32,000 bases of DNA, from NCBI RefSeq assembly GCF_012571795.1, contig NZ_CP046222.1:60819-92818 (forward strand), read 5' to 3'. The translations under genes were made by a program, and so were the position numbers. The DNA is from Candidatus Saccharimonadota bacterium. GTDB taxonomy: Bacteria; Pseudomonadota; Gammaproteobacteria; Enterobacterales; Enterobacteriaceae. The notes below the pieces were generated by a model. That model saw only the letters and a list, made by a program, of their open reading frames with translations. It was not told the origin of the DNA and ran no database searches. Numbering within the stretch: position 1 is the first letter of the stretch; each line of letters opens with the position of its first letter. This document shows, piece after piece, positions 18,051-27,334 of the stretch.

Positions 18051-18173
18051 TTTATTCTACAATATTTATTAAATAACATACCAAATAATATTAATTAATA
18101 TTCAACAATATTTGTACAAAATATTAATGATATAAATTTATCATTGATTAGTTTGATAGGAAAATATACTAAT

Positions 18174-18410
18174 ATGAGTAGTTCTATTGATAAACGTGTA
18201 AAGAAAATTATTATTGAACAATTAGGTGTTGAACCACAAAAAGTTATTGATAATGCTAATTTTATTAAGGATTTAGGTGCAGATTCTTTAGATACTGTAG
18301 AACTTATTATGGCTTTGGAAGAAGAATTTAACACAGAAATTTCAGATGAAGAAGCAGAAAAAATTACTACTGTACAATCAGCTATTAACTATATTAATAA
18401 TCATTTATAA
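18174..18410 (+). CDS. acpP: acyl carrier protein
   Basis: [19 protein letters not shown]...[40 protein letters not shown] is very close to E. coli ACP, and the DSLD phosphopantetheine site is present. The ORF-track start at 18144 adds 10 unlikely residues. Confidence 0.95.
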   Translation: MSSSIDKRVKKIIIEQLGVEPQKVIDNANFIKDLGADSLDTVELIMALEEEFNTEISDEEAEKITTVQSAINYINNHL

Positions 18411-18425
18411 TAATTAAATAAGATA

Positions 18426-18457
18426 TTTAGGAATGAAATATTATCTTCATTCCTAAA
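18426..18457 (+). other. 12-bp stem-loop between acpP and fabF
   Basis: TTTAGGAATGAA (18426..18437) pairs with TTCATTCCTAAA (18446..18457), with an 8-nt loop. A residues, not T, follow on the + strand, so it is not a canonical intrinsic terminator. It could be a processing or stability element. Confidence 0.35.
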
Positions 18458-18482
18458 AAATATAAATATATTTTAAAATATT

Positions 18483-19727
18483 ATGTGTAAACGTAGAGTA
18501 GTAATTACTGGATTAGGTATTATTACACCATTAGGTTTAGATATAAAAAGTAATTGGTATAATATTACTAATGGTAACAGTGGTATTAGATTAATTAATG
18601 ATTTTGATACTTGTCAATATAAAACTAAAATTGGAGGTATAATTAAAAATTTTACTTACGTAAATAATTTTACGAATAAAAAACGTTATATAGATTTTTT
18701 TATACAATATGGATTAATAGCCTGTGAACAAGCAATGTTAGATTCAGGTTTAGTATCTTTTTATAAAAATAATAATACTAATAGATTTGGAGTTGCCATG
18801 GGTTCTGGATTAGGTGGTATACAAACAATAGAAAAAAATTGTATTAAATTATATAATTTTGGACCTAAAAAAATTCATCCGTGTTTTATACCAGCATCTA
18901 TTAATAATATGTTAACAGGTTATATAGCTTTAGATTTTAAATTAATGGGTCCTAGCATTTCTTTAAGTACTGGATGTGCTTCAGGTATTCATAATATTGG
19001 TTTAGCATATAAAATGATATCATATAATGATGCAGATATAATGATAGCAGGAGCAGCAGAAAAATCTATTACACCTTTAATTATAGGAGGTTTTAATGCT
19101 ATTAAAGCATTATCTACAAGAAATAATGAACCAAAACAAGCTAGTAGACCATGGGATAAAGATAGAGATGGTTTTGTTTTAAGCGATGGAGCCGGTGTAT
19201 TAATTTTAGAAGAATATTATCATGCAAAAAAACGTAATGCAAATATTTATGCTGAAATTATAGGTTTTGGTATAAATAATGATGCATATCATATTACTGC
19301 GCCTTCTAAAGATAATAAAGGAGCTAAATTATCAATGTATAATGCATTAATTGATGCTAGAATTAATATTGAACAAATTAATTATATAAATGCACATGGC
19401 ACATCTACTAAATTAGGTGATTTAGCTGAAGTATGTGCTATTAAATCAGTATTTAAACATTGTTGTTCTAAATTAGCTATTAGTTCTACTAAATCTATGA
19501 CCGGCCATTTATTAGGTGCAGCTGGAGCAATAGAATCTATCTATTCTATATTAGCTTTAAAATACCAAATTATACCACCTACAATAAATTTATATAATCC
19601 TGATGAAAATTGTAATTTAGATTTTATTCCTAATATAGCTAGAGATACACATAATATGAAATATGTATTATGTAATTCTTTTGGTTTTGGAGGAATTAAT
19701 ACATCATTAATTTTTAAAAAAATATAA
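18483..19727 (+). CDS. fabF: 3-oxoacyl-[acyl-carrier-protein] synthase II
   Basis: 414 aa. MCKRRVVITGLG matches E. coli FabF MSKRRVVVTGLG. The active-site Cys context (LSTGCASG), the His motifs (NAHGTST, SMTGHLLGAAG) and the C-terminus NSFGFGGINTSLIFKKI are all present. Confidence 0.9.
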   Translation: MCKRRVVITGLGIITPLGLDIKSNWYNITNGNSGIRLINDFDTCQYKTKIGGIIKNFTYVNNFTNKKRYIDFFIQYGLIACEQAMLDSGLVSFYKNNNTNRFGVAMGSGLGGIQTIEKNCIKLYNFGPKKIHPCFIPASINNMLTGYIALDFKLMGPSISLSTGCASGIHNIGLAYKMISYNDADIMIAGAAEKSITPLIIGGFNAIKALSTRNNEPKQASRPWDKDRDGFVLSDGAGVLILEEYYHAKKRNANIYAEIIGFGINNDAYHITAPSKDNKGAKLSMYNALIDARINIEQINYINAHGTSTKLGDLAEVCAIKSVFKHCCSKLAISSTKSMTGHLLGAAGAIESIYSILALKYQIIPPTINLYNPDENCNLDFIPNIARDTHNMKYVLCNSFGFGGINTSLIFKKI

Positions 19728-19797
19728 ATTATGTGTAATATAGCTCATACATATTTATGTATGTTATTAAACTTTTAATATATTATGTGAGTTTTAA

Positions 19798-20814
19798 ATG
19801 CCAAAATTTAATATAAATAAAATAATTTATACAATATTTTATATAATATATGTAATAATTTTACATTGTTTTTTTCAATTATATGGAACAATTTATTCAT
19901 ATATTAATGTAAATCAAAAAATTATAACATATATAATACCTCCTGGTAGGGGTGTAAATAATGTTTTATATGATTTACAAAAAAAACATATTATTAATAA
20001 AAATATTTGGTTATATTTATTTTTACAATTACAACCATATTTAAAAAATTTTAAAGCTAATATTTATCATTTAAAACCACATACATATGTTATTAATATG
20101 TTAGAATTATTCAACTCTAATAAAGAAACACAATATGCTATTACTCTTTTAGAAGGTGAAACATTACAACATTTTCTAAAAAGATTAAATGAAAATGGAT
20201 ATATTAAACATACATTTAATTGTCAAGATATAGTGTTACTTAAGAAAAAATTAAATATTACAGATGATTTTCCATTAGAAGGAAGATTTGCTCCTAATAC
20301 TTATTTTTATAATGCAAATACTACCGATCTAGAATTATTACAATCTATGTATTGTGCAATGAAAAATAATGTAAAATTTATTTGGGAACATAGAGCAAAA
20401 AATTTACCGTATAAAAATATATATGATTTAATCATAACAGCATCTATTATTGAAAAAGAAACTAGTAATAAACAAGAAAAAAAAATTATTGCTTCTGTAT
20501 TAGTAAATAGATTAAAAAATAATATAAAACTACAAATAGATTCAACTATTATATATGGTATGAATAATAACTTTAATTTAAAATTATTGCCAAAAATGTT
20601 AAAACATAAAAATAAATATAATACATATATAATTTTAGGATTACCACCTAGTGCTATTGCTACTCCAAGTATTAGTTCATTAGAAGCAGCAGCACATCCT
20701 ATAAAAAGTAATTTTCTATATTTTGTAGCAAACAATAATCATACTCATATTTTTACTGAAAATTTTAATGCACATAGACTTATTATTAAACAATTACATA
20801 AGAAATCCCATTAA
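19798..20814 (+). CDS. mltG: endolytic murein transglycosylase MltG (YceG family)
   Basis: 338 aa with an N-terminal transmembrane helix. The YceG-like core (ASIIEKET, LQIDSTIIYG, YNTYIILGLPPSAIATPS) is present. It sits between fabF and tmk as in E. coli, but pabC is absent. Confidence 0.85.
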   Translation: MPKFNINKIIYTIFYIIYVIILHCFFQLYGTIYSYINVNQKIITYIIPPGRGVNNVLYDLQKKHIINKNIWLYLFLQLQPYLKNFKANIYHLKPHTYVINMLELFNSNKETQYAITLLEGETLQHFLKRLNENGYIKHTFNCQDIVLLKKKLNITDDFPLEGRFAPNTYFYNANTTDLELLQSMYCAMKNNVKFIWEHRAKNLPYKNIYDLIITASIIEKETSNKQEKKIIASVLVNRLKNNIKLQIDSTIIYGMNNNFNLKLLPKMLKHKNKYNTYIILGLPPSAIATPSISSLEAAAHPIKSNFLYFVANNNHTHIFTENFNAHRLIIKQLHKKSH

Positions 20815-20815
20815 A

Positions 20816-21436
20816 ATGAAATTAAATAAATTTATTGTTGTAGAAGGTATTGATGGTTCAGGTAAAACAACAATATGTAATTATATTATTTATTTATTAA
20901 AATGTTGGAATATAAATAATATTATTCGTACACATGAACCTGGTGGAACTATTCTTGCTGAAAAAATACGTAATTTAATAAAAAATTCTTATAAAGAATT
21001 TTTTTCATATAAAACTGAATTGTTACTTTTATATGCAGCTAGATTACAATTATTAGATAATATTATTAAACCTAACATTAAAGATTATTGGATTATATCT
21101 GATAGATATGATTTATCATCTTATGCTTATCAAATAGGTGGCAGAGGTATACAAAAAAAAGATATATTATTTTTACAAAAATTTATTAATAATAATATTA
21201 TACCTAATATAGTTATTTATTTAGATGTTAATCCTTTAATTGGATTACAAAGAATTAAAAATAGAAATAAAGATAGAATTGAAAAAGAATCAATTAAATT
21301 TTTTACTAATGTAAGAAAATATTATTTAAAAATAGCAAATAATAATAATATGATAAAAATAATTGATGCTAATAATAATTTATCAAATGTTAAATTATTA
21401 GTAAAAAAAATATTATTTAATTTTATAAAATCATAG
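20816..21436 (+). CDS. tmk: thymidylate kinase
   Basis: MKLNKFIVVEGIDGSGKTT contains the P-loop, and TREPGGT-like (THEPGGT) and DRY motifs are present. The ATG at 20816 lies one base after the mltG stop. The ORF-track start at 20768 overlaps mltG and is unlikely. Confidence 0.9.
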   Translation: MKLNKFIVVEGIDGSGKTTICNYIIYLLKCWNINNIIRTHEPGGTILAEKIRNLIKNSYKEFFSYKTELLLLYAARLQLLDNIIKPNIKDYWIISDRYDLSSYAYQIGGRGIQKKDILFLQKFINNNIIPNIVIYLDVNPLIGLQRIKNRNKDRIEKESIKFFTNVRKYYLKIANNNNMIKIIDANNNLSNVKLLVKKILFNFIKS

Positions 21437-21452
21437 GAATATTTATAATATA

Positions 21453-22457
21453 ATGTGTGAATTACAATTAATTCCTGATTACCCTTGGTTAAATATATTT
21501 TATAAAAATATTATATATCAGTTTACTAAAAAAAAGAATCATCATGCTTTTATTATATGTTCTATACATGGTATAGGAACTATATTTTTAATTAATAAGA
21601 TAATTCAATGGTTATTATGTACAAATAAAAACAATTATTATAGTTGTAATATATGTAAAAATTGTACTTTATTAATACAAGGTTATCATCCGGATGTATA
21701 TATTATTAAAAAAGATAAATTAAATTATAATATTAGTATTGAAAAAATTAGGGATATTATAAAATTTATTAATATGAAAGCATATCAAGATATGGGTAAA
21801 ATAATTTGGCTTCCAGATGCTAATATGTTAAATATATCTTCTAGTAATGGTTTATTAAAAATTATAGAAGAACCCTTACAAAACACTTGGTTTTTTTTAC
21901 AAAGTAATCATATTAATACATTATTACCTACTATAACTAGTAGATGCCAAATTTGGCATATATGTCCTCCAAATGAATATATTGGATTATCATGGTTACA
22001 AAAAAAGTTATATCCAACTACATATAATATTAATGAATTATTAACAGCTCTGAGAATTAATTATTATGCTCCTATTAATGCTTATAAGTTATTAAATAGT
22101 ATTTTTTGGGATAATAGAAAAAAATTATATACAACTTTTATTATTGCAATTAAATGTGATATATTAAAACTATTAAATATATTAAATAATGTAAATATTT
22201 TATTATATTTAAATTGGATTTATATATTATTTATTGATATTATAAAAATTCATTGTAATATTAATACAAATTTTATATATAATTTGGATCAAATAGATTT
22301 AATATATAAAATATCTACTATAATAACAAAAAAACAAATTTTATTAATGATAAAAAAAATATTATATTATCGTAATATTGTTATTAATATAAATAATATT
22401 AATCGTGAACTTATAATTGTTCAATTATTATTATCATTAGAAAAAATTTTAAAATAA
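21453..22457 (+). CDS. holB: DNA polymerase III subunit delta'
   Basis: 334 aa. YPWL near the N-terminus, a Zn-module-like C..C..C.NC and the SRC motif (TITSRCQIW) are present. It sits after tmk, as in E. coli. Confidence 0.85.
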   Translation: MCELQLIPDYPWLNIFYKNIIYQFTKKKNHHAFIICSIHGIGTIFLINKIIQWLLCTNKNNYYSCNICKNCTLLIQGYHPDVYIIKKDKLNYNISIEKIRDIIKFINMKAYQDMGKIIWLPDANMLNISSSNGLLKIIEEPLQNTWFFLQSNHINTLLPTITSRCQIWHICPPNEYIGLSWLQKKLYPTTYNINELLTALRINYYAPINAYKLLNSIFWDNRKKLYTTFIIAIKCDILKLLNILNNVNILLYLNWIYILFIDIIKIHCNINTNFIYNLDQIDLIYKISTIITKKQILLMIKKILYYRNIVININNINRELIIVQLLLSLEKILK

Positions 22458-22495
22458 TATTTAATAAATTTTTAAAAATTATTATTAGGATATTT

Positions 22496-23950
22496 ATGTT
22501 TAATAATACATTTTCTTATATGCAAAAAATAGGCAAATCTTTAATGTTGCCTGTTTCTGTTTTACCAATTGCTGGTATATTATTAGGTATAGGATCTGCA
22601 AATTTTTATTGGTTGCCTACAGTTATTTCTGATATTTTAAGTAAAACAGGCGGTTCTGTATTTAATAATATGCCATTAATTTTTGCAATTGGAATTTCTT
22701 TAGGATTTACACAAAATAATGGAGTATCTGCTTTAGCATCAGTAGTATCTTATGGAATTTTAACAAAAACTGTAGAAGTTATTATACCAATATTATTAGA
22801 TGGTAAAATAATACAACATAATAATATTATACAACAACATTTAACTAATACAGGTGTATTAGGTGGTATAATTGCTGGTGCTATATCTGCTTATATGTTT
22901 AATCGTTTTCATAATATTAAATTAGTAGAATATTTAGGTTTTTTTTCTGGCCAACGTTTTGTACCCATTATTTCTGGATTAACAGCTATATTTATAGGAT
23001 TATTATTATCTTTTATATGGTTACCTTTAGGTAAAATTATACAAAATTTTTCTTATTGGGCTGCATATCAAAATCCTATATTAGCTTTTGGTATATATGG
23101 TATGGTAGAAAGAGCTTTATTACCTTTTGGATTACATCATATTTGGAATGTTCCTTTTCAAATGGAAATAGGTTCATTTACTAATGTAGTAACTAAACAA
23201 ATATATCATGGTGATATTGCTAGATATATAGCTGGTGATCCTACTGCTGGAAAACTAGCTGGTGGTTTTTTATTTAAAATGTATGGATTACCAGGAGCTG
23301 CTATTGCTATATGGCATTCTGCTAAAAAAGAAAATAGAAAACATATTGGTAGTCTTATGTTATCTGCAGCTTTAACTTCTTTTTTAACAGGAATTACTGA
23401 ACCTATTGAATTTTCTTTTATGTATATAGCACCATTATTATATTTAATACATATGATATTAGCTGGTTTAGCTTTTCCTATTTGTATATTATTACAAATG
23501 AAAAATGGCACAAGTTTTTCACATGGATTAATTGATTTTATTATTTTAAGTGGTCATAGCCACAGATTATGGTTGTTCCCTATTATAGGAATATTTTATT
23601 CTGTATTATATTATATAATATTTCGAATATGTATATATATATTTAATTTACAAACTCCAGGCAGAGAATATAATCAAGAAAAATTTAATAATAAAAAAAA
23701 TATAATAAATAATTATGGTGAAAAATTAGTACAAGCTTTTGGAGGTAAAAAAAATATTATAAATTTAGATGCATGTATAACTAGATTACGTATTACTGTG
23801 CTTGATACAACAAAAGTAAACATATCAGAATTAAAAAAAATGGGTGCATTAGGTGTTATTATTTCTGGTAATGGTGTACAAGCTATTTTTGGCACTCAAT
23901 CAGATAATTTAAAAACAGATATGCATAAGTTTTTACAAAAAAAAGATTAA
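22496..23950 (+). CDS. ptsG: PTS glucose-specific EIICB component
   Basis: 484 aa. The N-terminus [31 protein letters not shown] matches E. coli Pts[28 protein letters not shown]. The IIB domain has the phospho-Cys motif DACITRLR. Confidence 0.95.
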   Translation: MFNNTFSYMQKIGKSLMLPVSVLPIAGILLGIGSANFYWLPTVISDILSKTGGSVFNNMPLIFAIGISLGFTQNNGVSALASVVSYGILTKTVEVIIPILLDGKIIQHNNIIQQHLTNTGVLGGIIAGAISAYMFNRFHNIKLVEYLGFFSGQRFVPIISGLTAIFIGLLLSFIWLPLGKIIQNFSYWAAYQNPILAFGIYGMVERALLPFGLHHIWNVPFQMEIGSFTNVVTKQIYHGDIARYIAGDPTAGKLAGGFLFKMYGLPGAAIAIWHSAKKENRKHIGSLMLSAALTSFLTGITEPIEFSFMYIAPLLYLIHMILAGLAFPICILLQMKNGTSFSHGLIDFIILSGHSHRLWLFPIIGIFYSVLYYIIFRICIYIFNLQTPGREYNQEKFNNKKNIINNYGEKLVQAFGGKKNIINLDACITRLRITVLDTTKVNISELKKMGALGVIISGNGVQAIFGTQSDNLKTDMHKFLQKKD

Positions 23951-23958
23951 TATAAAAT

Positions 23959-24297
23959 ATGAATATATTTAAAGATATTGTATGTGGAAAAAAAAAAATT
24001 CATCTTGAGTATGAAGATGAATTTATTATAGCTTTTAATGATATTAATCCAAAAAGTCCAGTACATATTTTAATTGTACCTAAGTTCTTTATACCTACAT
24101 TAAATGATGTAACACATCAACATGAAAATATATTAGGTAAAATGATAATAGTAGCTAGTAAAATAGCAAAAAAAAAACATATAAATCATGATGGTTATAG
24201 ACTAGTAATAAACTGTAATGATAATGGAAGACAAGAAATATTATATTTACATATGCATTTATTAGGTGGAAGAAAAGGTACGAATATTTTTTTTTAA
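23959..24297 (+). CDS. hinT: HIT-family purine nucleoside phosphoramidase
   Basis: 112 aa. IFKDIV...AFNDINPKSPVHILIVPK and the C-terminal LHMHLLGG match E. coli HinT. The first His of the HxHxH triad reads Tyr (YLHMH). It follows ptsG, as in E. coli, minus fhuE. Confidence 0.85.
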   Translation: MNIFKDIVCGKKKIHLEYEDEFIIAFNDINPKSPVHILIVPKFFIPTLNDVTHQHENILGKMIIVASKIAKKKHINHDGYRLVINCNDNGRQEILYLHMHLLGGRKGTNIFF

Positions 24298-26048
24298 TTT
24301 TTGTTTAAAATATGTTTAAGTTGTTTTTTTGTACTGCTAATACCAATTTTAGTAATTTTTTCGTTTTCTTTTTCTGCAATAGTCCAAATAAAATTATTCC
24401 ATTTTATTTGGTCTCCAACTATAGGAACATGACCAATTAAATTTATTAAAAATGTTTCAATTGATTGATATTTATTAATGTTTTTATTTAAATTAAATCC
24501 ATATATTTTAGCAATATCATTTATAGATGTATTGCCATGAATAATAAAATCACCAAAAAATTTTTGATTTTGCAATAATTTTGTAGATTGACTAAATAAT
24601 TTACCTAAATCTTGTATATTACATTCATTACCTATAACACACACAATATCTTTAACTTTTAATATTAGATTATTAGCAGGTTTAATTATTTTATTATTTC
24701 TTATTAATACATTAATAAAAGTATTTTGTGGCATATATAAATCACGTAATGTTTTTCCTATACACCATTGATCTTCTGTCATTATATAAATAAATTGTTC
24801 CCATTGTATAGAAGTATTAATACCTAAGTGAATTCTATGTATCGGTGTAAGAATAGTTGGTATTGTAATATTTGCTATTCTTGCCACATAATACAATGTA
24901 CAACCTTGAATAATTAAAGACATTAATACAATAAAAAAAGCTATATTAAAAAATAATGCAGCATGATTTAAATTAGACATTATAGGAAATACAGCTAAAA
25001 TAATGGGTACAGCACCACGTAATCCCATCCAACTAATACAAAAACGTTCTCTATTATTAAATCTAAAAAATGGCATTAGACCTATTATTACTGATATTGG
25101 ACGTACAAAAAATATCATCCATAAAGACAATATAATAGCAGGTATTGCTATATATAATAAATCTATAGGTTTAACTAATAATCCTAAAAGTAAAAACATA
25201 ATGATTTGACTACACCATGCAATACCATCAAATGTTTGTATAATTTTATAACGATAATAAATATTATTATTATTTCCTATAATAAAACCATATAAATAAA
25301 TTGCTAAAACACTACTTCCATCTAATAAAAATGTTATAGAAAAAGTAAATATACCTATAATTAAGGCTAATAATGGATATAGTCCACTAACTAGTATTAT
25401 ACGATTAATAATTTTTTTAAATATCCACGCACCAATATAACCTAATATAATACCTAATATAAATTGTTGCAAAAAATGTTTAAGAAACAGAATAATATGA
25501 AAATATTGTTGTTTTTTTTTTATAAAATTAATAAATGTTGTTGTTAAAAATACTGCCATAGGATCATTAATACATGATTCCATCTCAACAGTAGAAGTAA
25601 CTCTTTCATTTAAATCTTTACTGTATGATAAAGAAAAGATTGCAGCTGCATCAGTTGATGCTACTATAGAACCTACTAACATCCCTTCTATTAAATGTAT
25701 ATGAAATAATATTTTTACCATTATTCCTGTTAAAAATGCTGTTATTAATATGCCTATTGTTGCTAAAGACAATGCCGGATATAAAGCTATTTGCAAAATT
25801 GAACGTTTAGTTCTCATCCCACCATCTAATAATATTACTGCTAAAGATAAATTACTAATAATATTTGCTAGTGCATAATTACTAAATGGAATTTTACCAA
25901 TTCCATTAATTCCTGATAACATACCTAAAAATAAAAACATTAATAAAACAGGTATACCTATTCTAGAAGATATAGAACTTAATAAAATACTAATTAATAC
26001 CAATATACATCCTATAATAGATAAAATCAGTACTGCTCTTAAATCCAA
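24294..26048 (-). CDS. cvrA: K+/H+ antiporter NhaP2 / CvrA (CPA1 family with C-terminal TrkA-C-like domain)
   Basis: 584 aa, colinear with E. coli CvrA/YcgO: ILLSSISSRIGIPVLLMFL, LLDGGMRT, STDAAAIFS, ESCINDPMAVFLT, GLRGAVPIILA and FFGDFII. The start codon is TTG at 26048..26046, preceded by AGGAG with a 9-nt spacer (AGGAGTATAATCCATTG). Confidence 0.9.
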   Translation of the reverse strand: MDLRAVLILSIIGCILVLISILLSSISSRIGIPVLLMFLFLGMLSGINGIGKIPFSNYALANIISNLSLAVILLDGGMRTKRSILQIALYPALSLATIGILITAFLTGIMVKILFHIHLIEGMLVGSIVASTDAAAIFSLSYSKDLNERVTSTVEMESCINDPMAVFLTTTFINFIKKKQQYFHIILFLKHFLQQFILGIILGYIGAWIFKKIINRIILVSGLYPLLALIIGIFTFSITFLLDGSSVLAIYLYGFIIGNNNNIYYRYKIIQTFDGIAWCSQIIMFLLLGLLVKPIDLLYIAIPAIILSLWMIFFVRPISVIIGLMPFFRFNNRERFCISWMGLRGAVPIILAVFPIMSNLNHAALFFNIAFFIVLMSLIIQGCTLYYVARIANITIPTILTPIHRIHLGINTSIQWEQFIYIMTEDQWCIGKTLRDLYMPQNTFINVLIRNNKIIKPANNLILKVKDIVCVIGNECNIQDLGKLFSQSTKLLQNQKFFGDFIIHGNTSINDIAKIYGFNLNKNINKYQSIETFLINLIGHVPIVGDQIKWNNFIWTIAEKENEKITKIGISSTKKQLKHILNKN

Positions 26049-26106
26049 TGGATTATACTCCTATGTTATTAAGTATTTTACTTATAAAAATTGGATGAAT
26101 TAATGA

Positions 26107-26135
26107 ACAATACATATTGTATATATATTTGTCAA
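26107..26135 (-). promoter_or_regulatory. candidate sigma-70 promoter for cvrA
   Basis: On the minus strand: TTGACA (26135..26130), a 17-nt spacer, then TATTGT (26112..26107), about 60 nt upstream of the TTG start. The -35 is a perfect hexamer and the -10 is mediocre. Confidence 0.25.
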
Positions 26136-26213
26136 ATGATAATTTATAACTTATGTAAAGACAATTATGAGGGATAATATCTATATTATATAATAATTAT
26201 TTCATGTTAATTA

Positions 26214-26251
26214 AATATTTAAGCTGATCTATATTAATCAGCTTAAATATT
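26214..26251 (-). terminator. 15-bp perfect hairpin downstream of gapA (putative terminator)
   Basis: AATATTTAAGCTGAT (26214..26228) is the exact reverse complement of ATCAGCTTAAATATT (26237..26251), with an 8-nt loop. It starts 38 nt after the gapA stop. The T-run lies on the + side rather than the gapA side, so function is uncertain. Confidence 0.5.
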
Positions 26252-26288
26252 ATTTTTCTAAATTATAAAAAATGTTAAAATATTTATT

Positions 26289-27290
26289 TTATGACATAAT
26301 ACATGTTACTAAATCAAGTACTTTATAAGAATAACCAGTTTCATTATCATACCAAGCAATTAATTTAAAAAAATTATTTCCAATATATATACTTGCTTTT
26401 TTATCAAAAATTGAAGTAAATATAGAACCATTAAAATCACTTGAAACTACGTCATCTTTTGTATAACTAATAATATCTTTCATACTATTTTGAGCATAAA
26501 ATTTAATATTTTCGTAAATTTCATTTAAATTTGTTTTTTTATAAACTTGTACAGTTAAATCTACAACAGAAACATTAGACACTGGCACTCTTAAAGATAT
26601 ACCTGTTAATTTACCTTTTAATTCTGGTAAAACTAATCCTACTGCTTTTGCTGCCCCTGTGCTAGAAGGAATAATATTTTGATAAGCACCTCTGCCTCCT
26701 CTCCAATCTTTTTGTGAAACACTATCTACTGTTTTTTGTGTGGAAGTAACAGCATGTACAGTAGTCATTAATCCTTGATTTATAATATATTGATCATGTA
26801 TGATTTTTGTTAATGGTGCTAAACAGTTAGTTGTACATGAAGCATTTGAAACTATTTGTTCACCATTATATTTATGAAAATTTACACCTTTTACATACAT
26901 TGGTATAGAATTATCTTTAGGTGGTGCTGTAATAACAACTTTTTTTGCACCAGCTATTATATGTTTAATAACTAATTCTTGTGTTAAATATATACCTGTA
27001 GATTCTATTACTACATCAATATTTAATTTATTCCACTGTAATTTAATAGGATCTTTTTCAGTACAAACAAAAATTTTATTTTTATTAACCATTAAATAAT
27101 TTTTATCTATTACTTTAATCTTACCATTAAAACGTCCATGAGTTGAATCAAACTTTAACATATAAGCAACATAATTTATATCTAATAAATCGTTAATAGC
27201 AACTATTTTTATATTATTAAAATTTTGAGCAGCCCTAAATACCATTCGACCGATTCTACCAAAACCGTTAATAGCAACTTTAATAGACAT
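26289..27290 (-). CDS. gapA: glyceraldehyde-3-phosphate dehydrogenase A
   Basis: 333 aa. NGFGRIGR and the active-site [12 protein letters not shown] are present, along with WYDNE near the C-terminus. Confidence 0.95.
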   Translation of the reverse strand: MSIKVAINGFGRIGRMVFRAAQNFNNIKIVAINDLLDINYVAYMLKFDSTHGRFNGKIKVIDKNYLMVNKNKIFVCTEKDPIKLQWNKLNIDVVIESTGIYLTQELVIKHIIAGAKKVVITAPPKDNSIPMYVKGVNFHKYNGEQIVSNASCTTNCLAPLTKIIHDQYIINQGLMTTVHAVTSTQKTVDSVSQKDWRGGRGAYQNIIPSSTGAAKAVGLVLPELKGKLTGISLRVPVSNVSVVDLTVQVYKKTNLNEIYENIKFYAQNSMKDIISYTKDDVVSSDFNGSIFTSIFDKKASIYIGNNFFKLIAWYDNETGYSYKVLDLVTCIMS

Positions 27291-27297
27291 TAATTAT

Positions 27298-27307
27298 CCC
27301 CCACCCC
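27298..27307 (-). promoter_or_regulatory. G-rich ribosome-binding region of gapA (GGGGTGGGGG)
   Basis: The minus strand reads GGGGTGGGGG-ATAATTA-ATG, a 7-nt spacer to the gapA start. It is the only G/C run in the 44-nt sppA-gapA spacer. Confidence 0.5.
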
Positions 27308-27334
27308 ATAAAATTTATAAATATATTATTTGTT

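Noticed and set aside
18095-18334. 79-aa minus-strand ORF
   Set aside because: It is antisense to the highly conserved acpP and extends into the fabG-acpP spacer. It shows no independent support.
18426-18457. The acpP-fabF stem-loop as a rho-independent terminator
   Set aside because: An A-run, not a T-run, follows the stem on the transcribed strand. It is kept only as a generic stem-loop feature.
19743-19765. CATACATA/TATGTATG inverted repeat after fabF as a terminator
   Set aside because: The arms are separated by only 2 nt, so the effective stem is short and all A/T apart from one or two pairs. It is too weak to call.
20307-20735. 142-aa minus-strand ORF
   Set aside because: It is antisense inside mltG, whose YceG motifs account for the sequence.
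23206-23895. Two minus-strand ORFs (23206..23511 and 23713..23895)
   Set aside because: Both are antisense inside ptsG, which is strongly conserved on the + strand.
25003-25209. 68-aa + strand ORF
   Set aside because: It is antisense inside cvrA.
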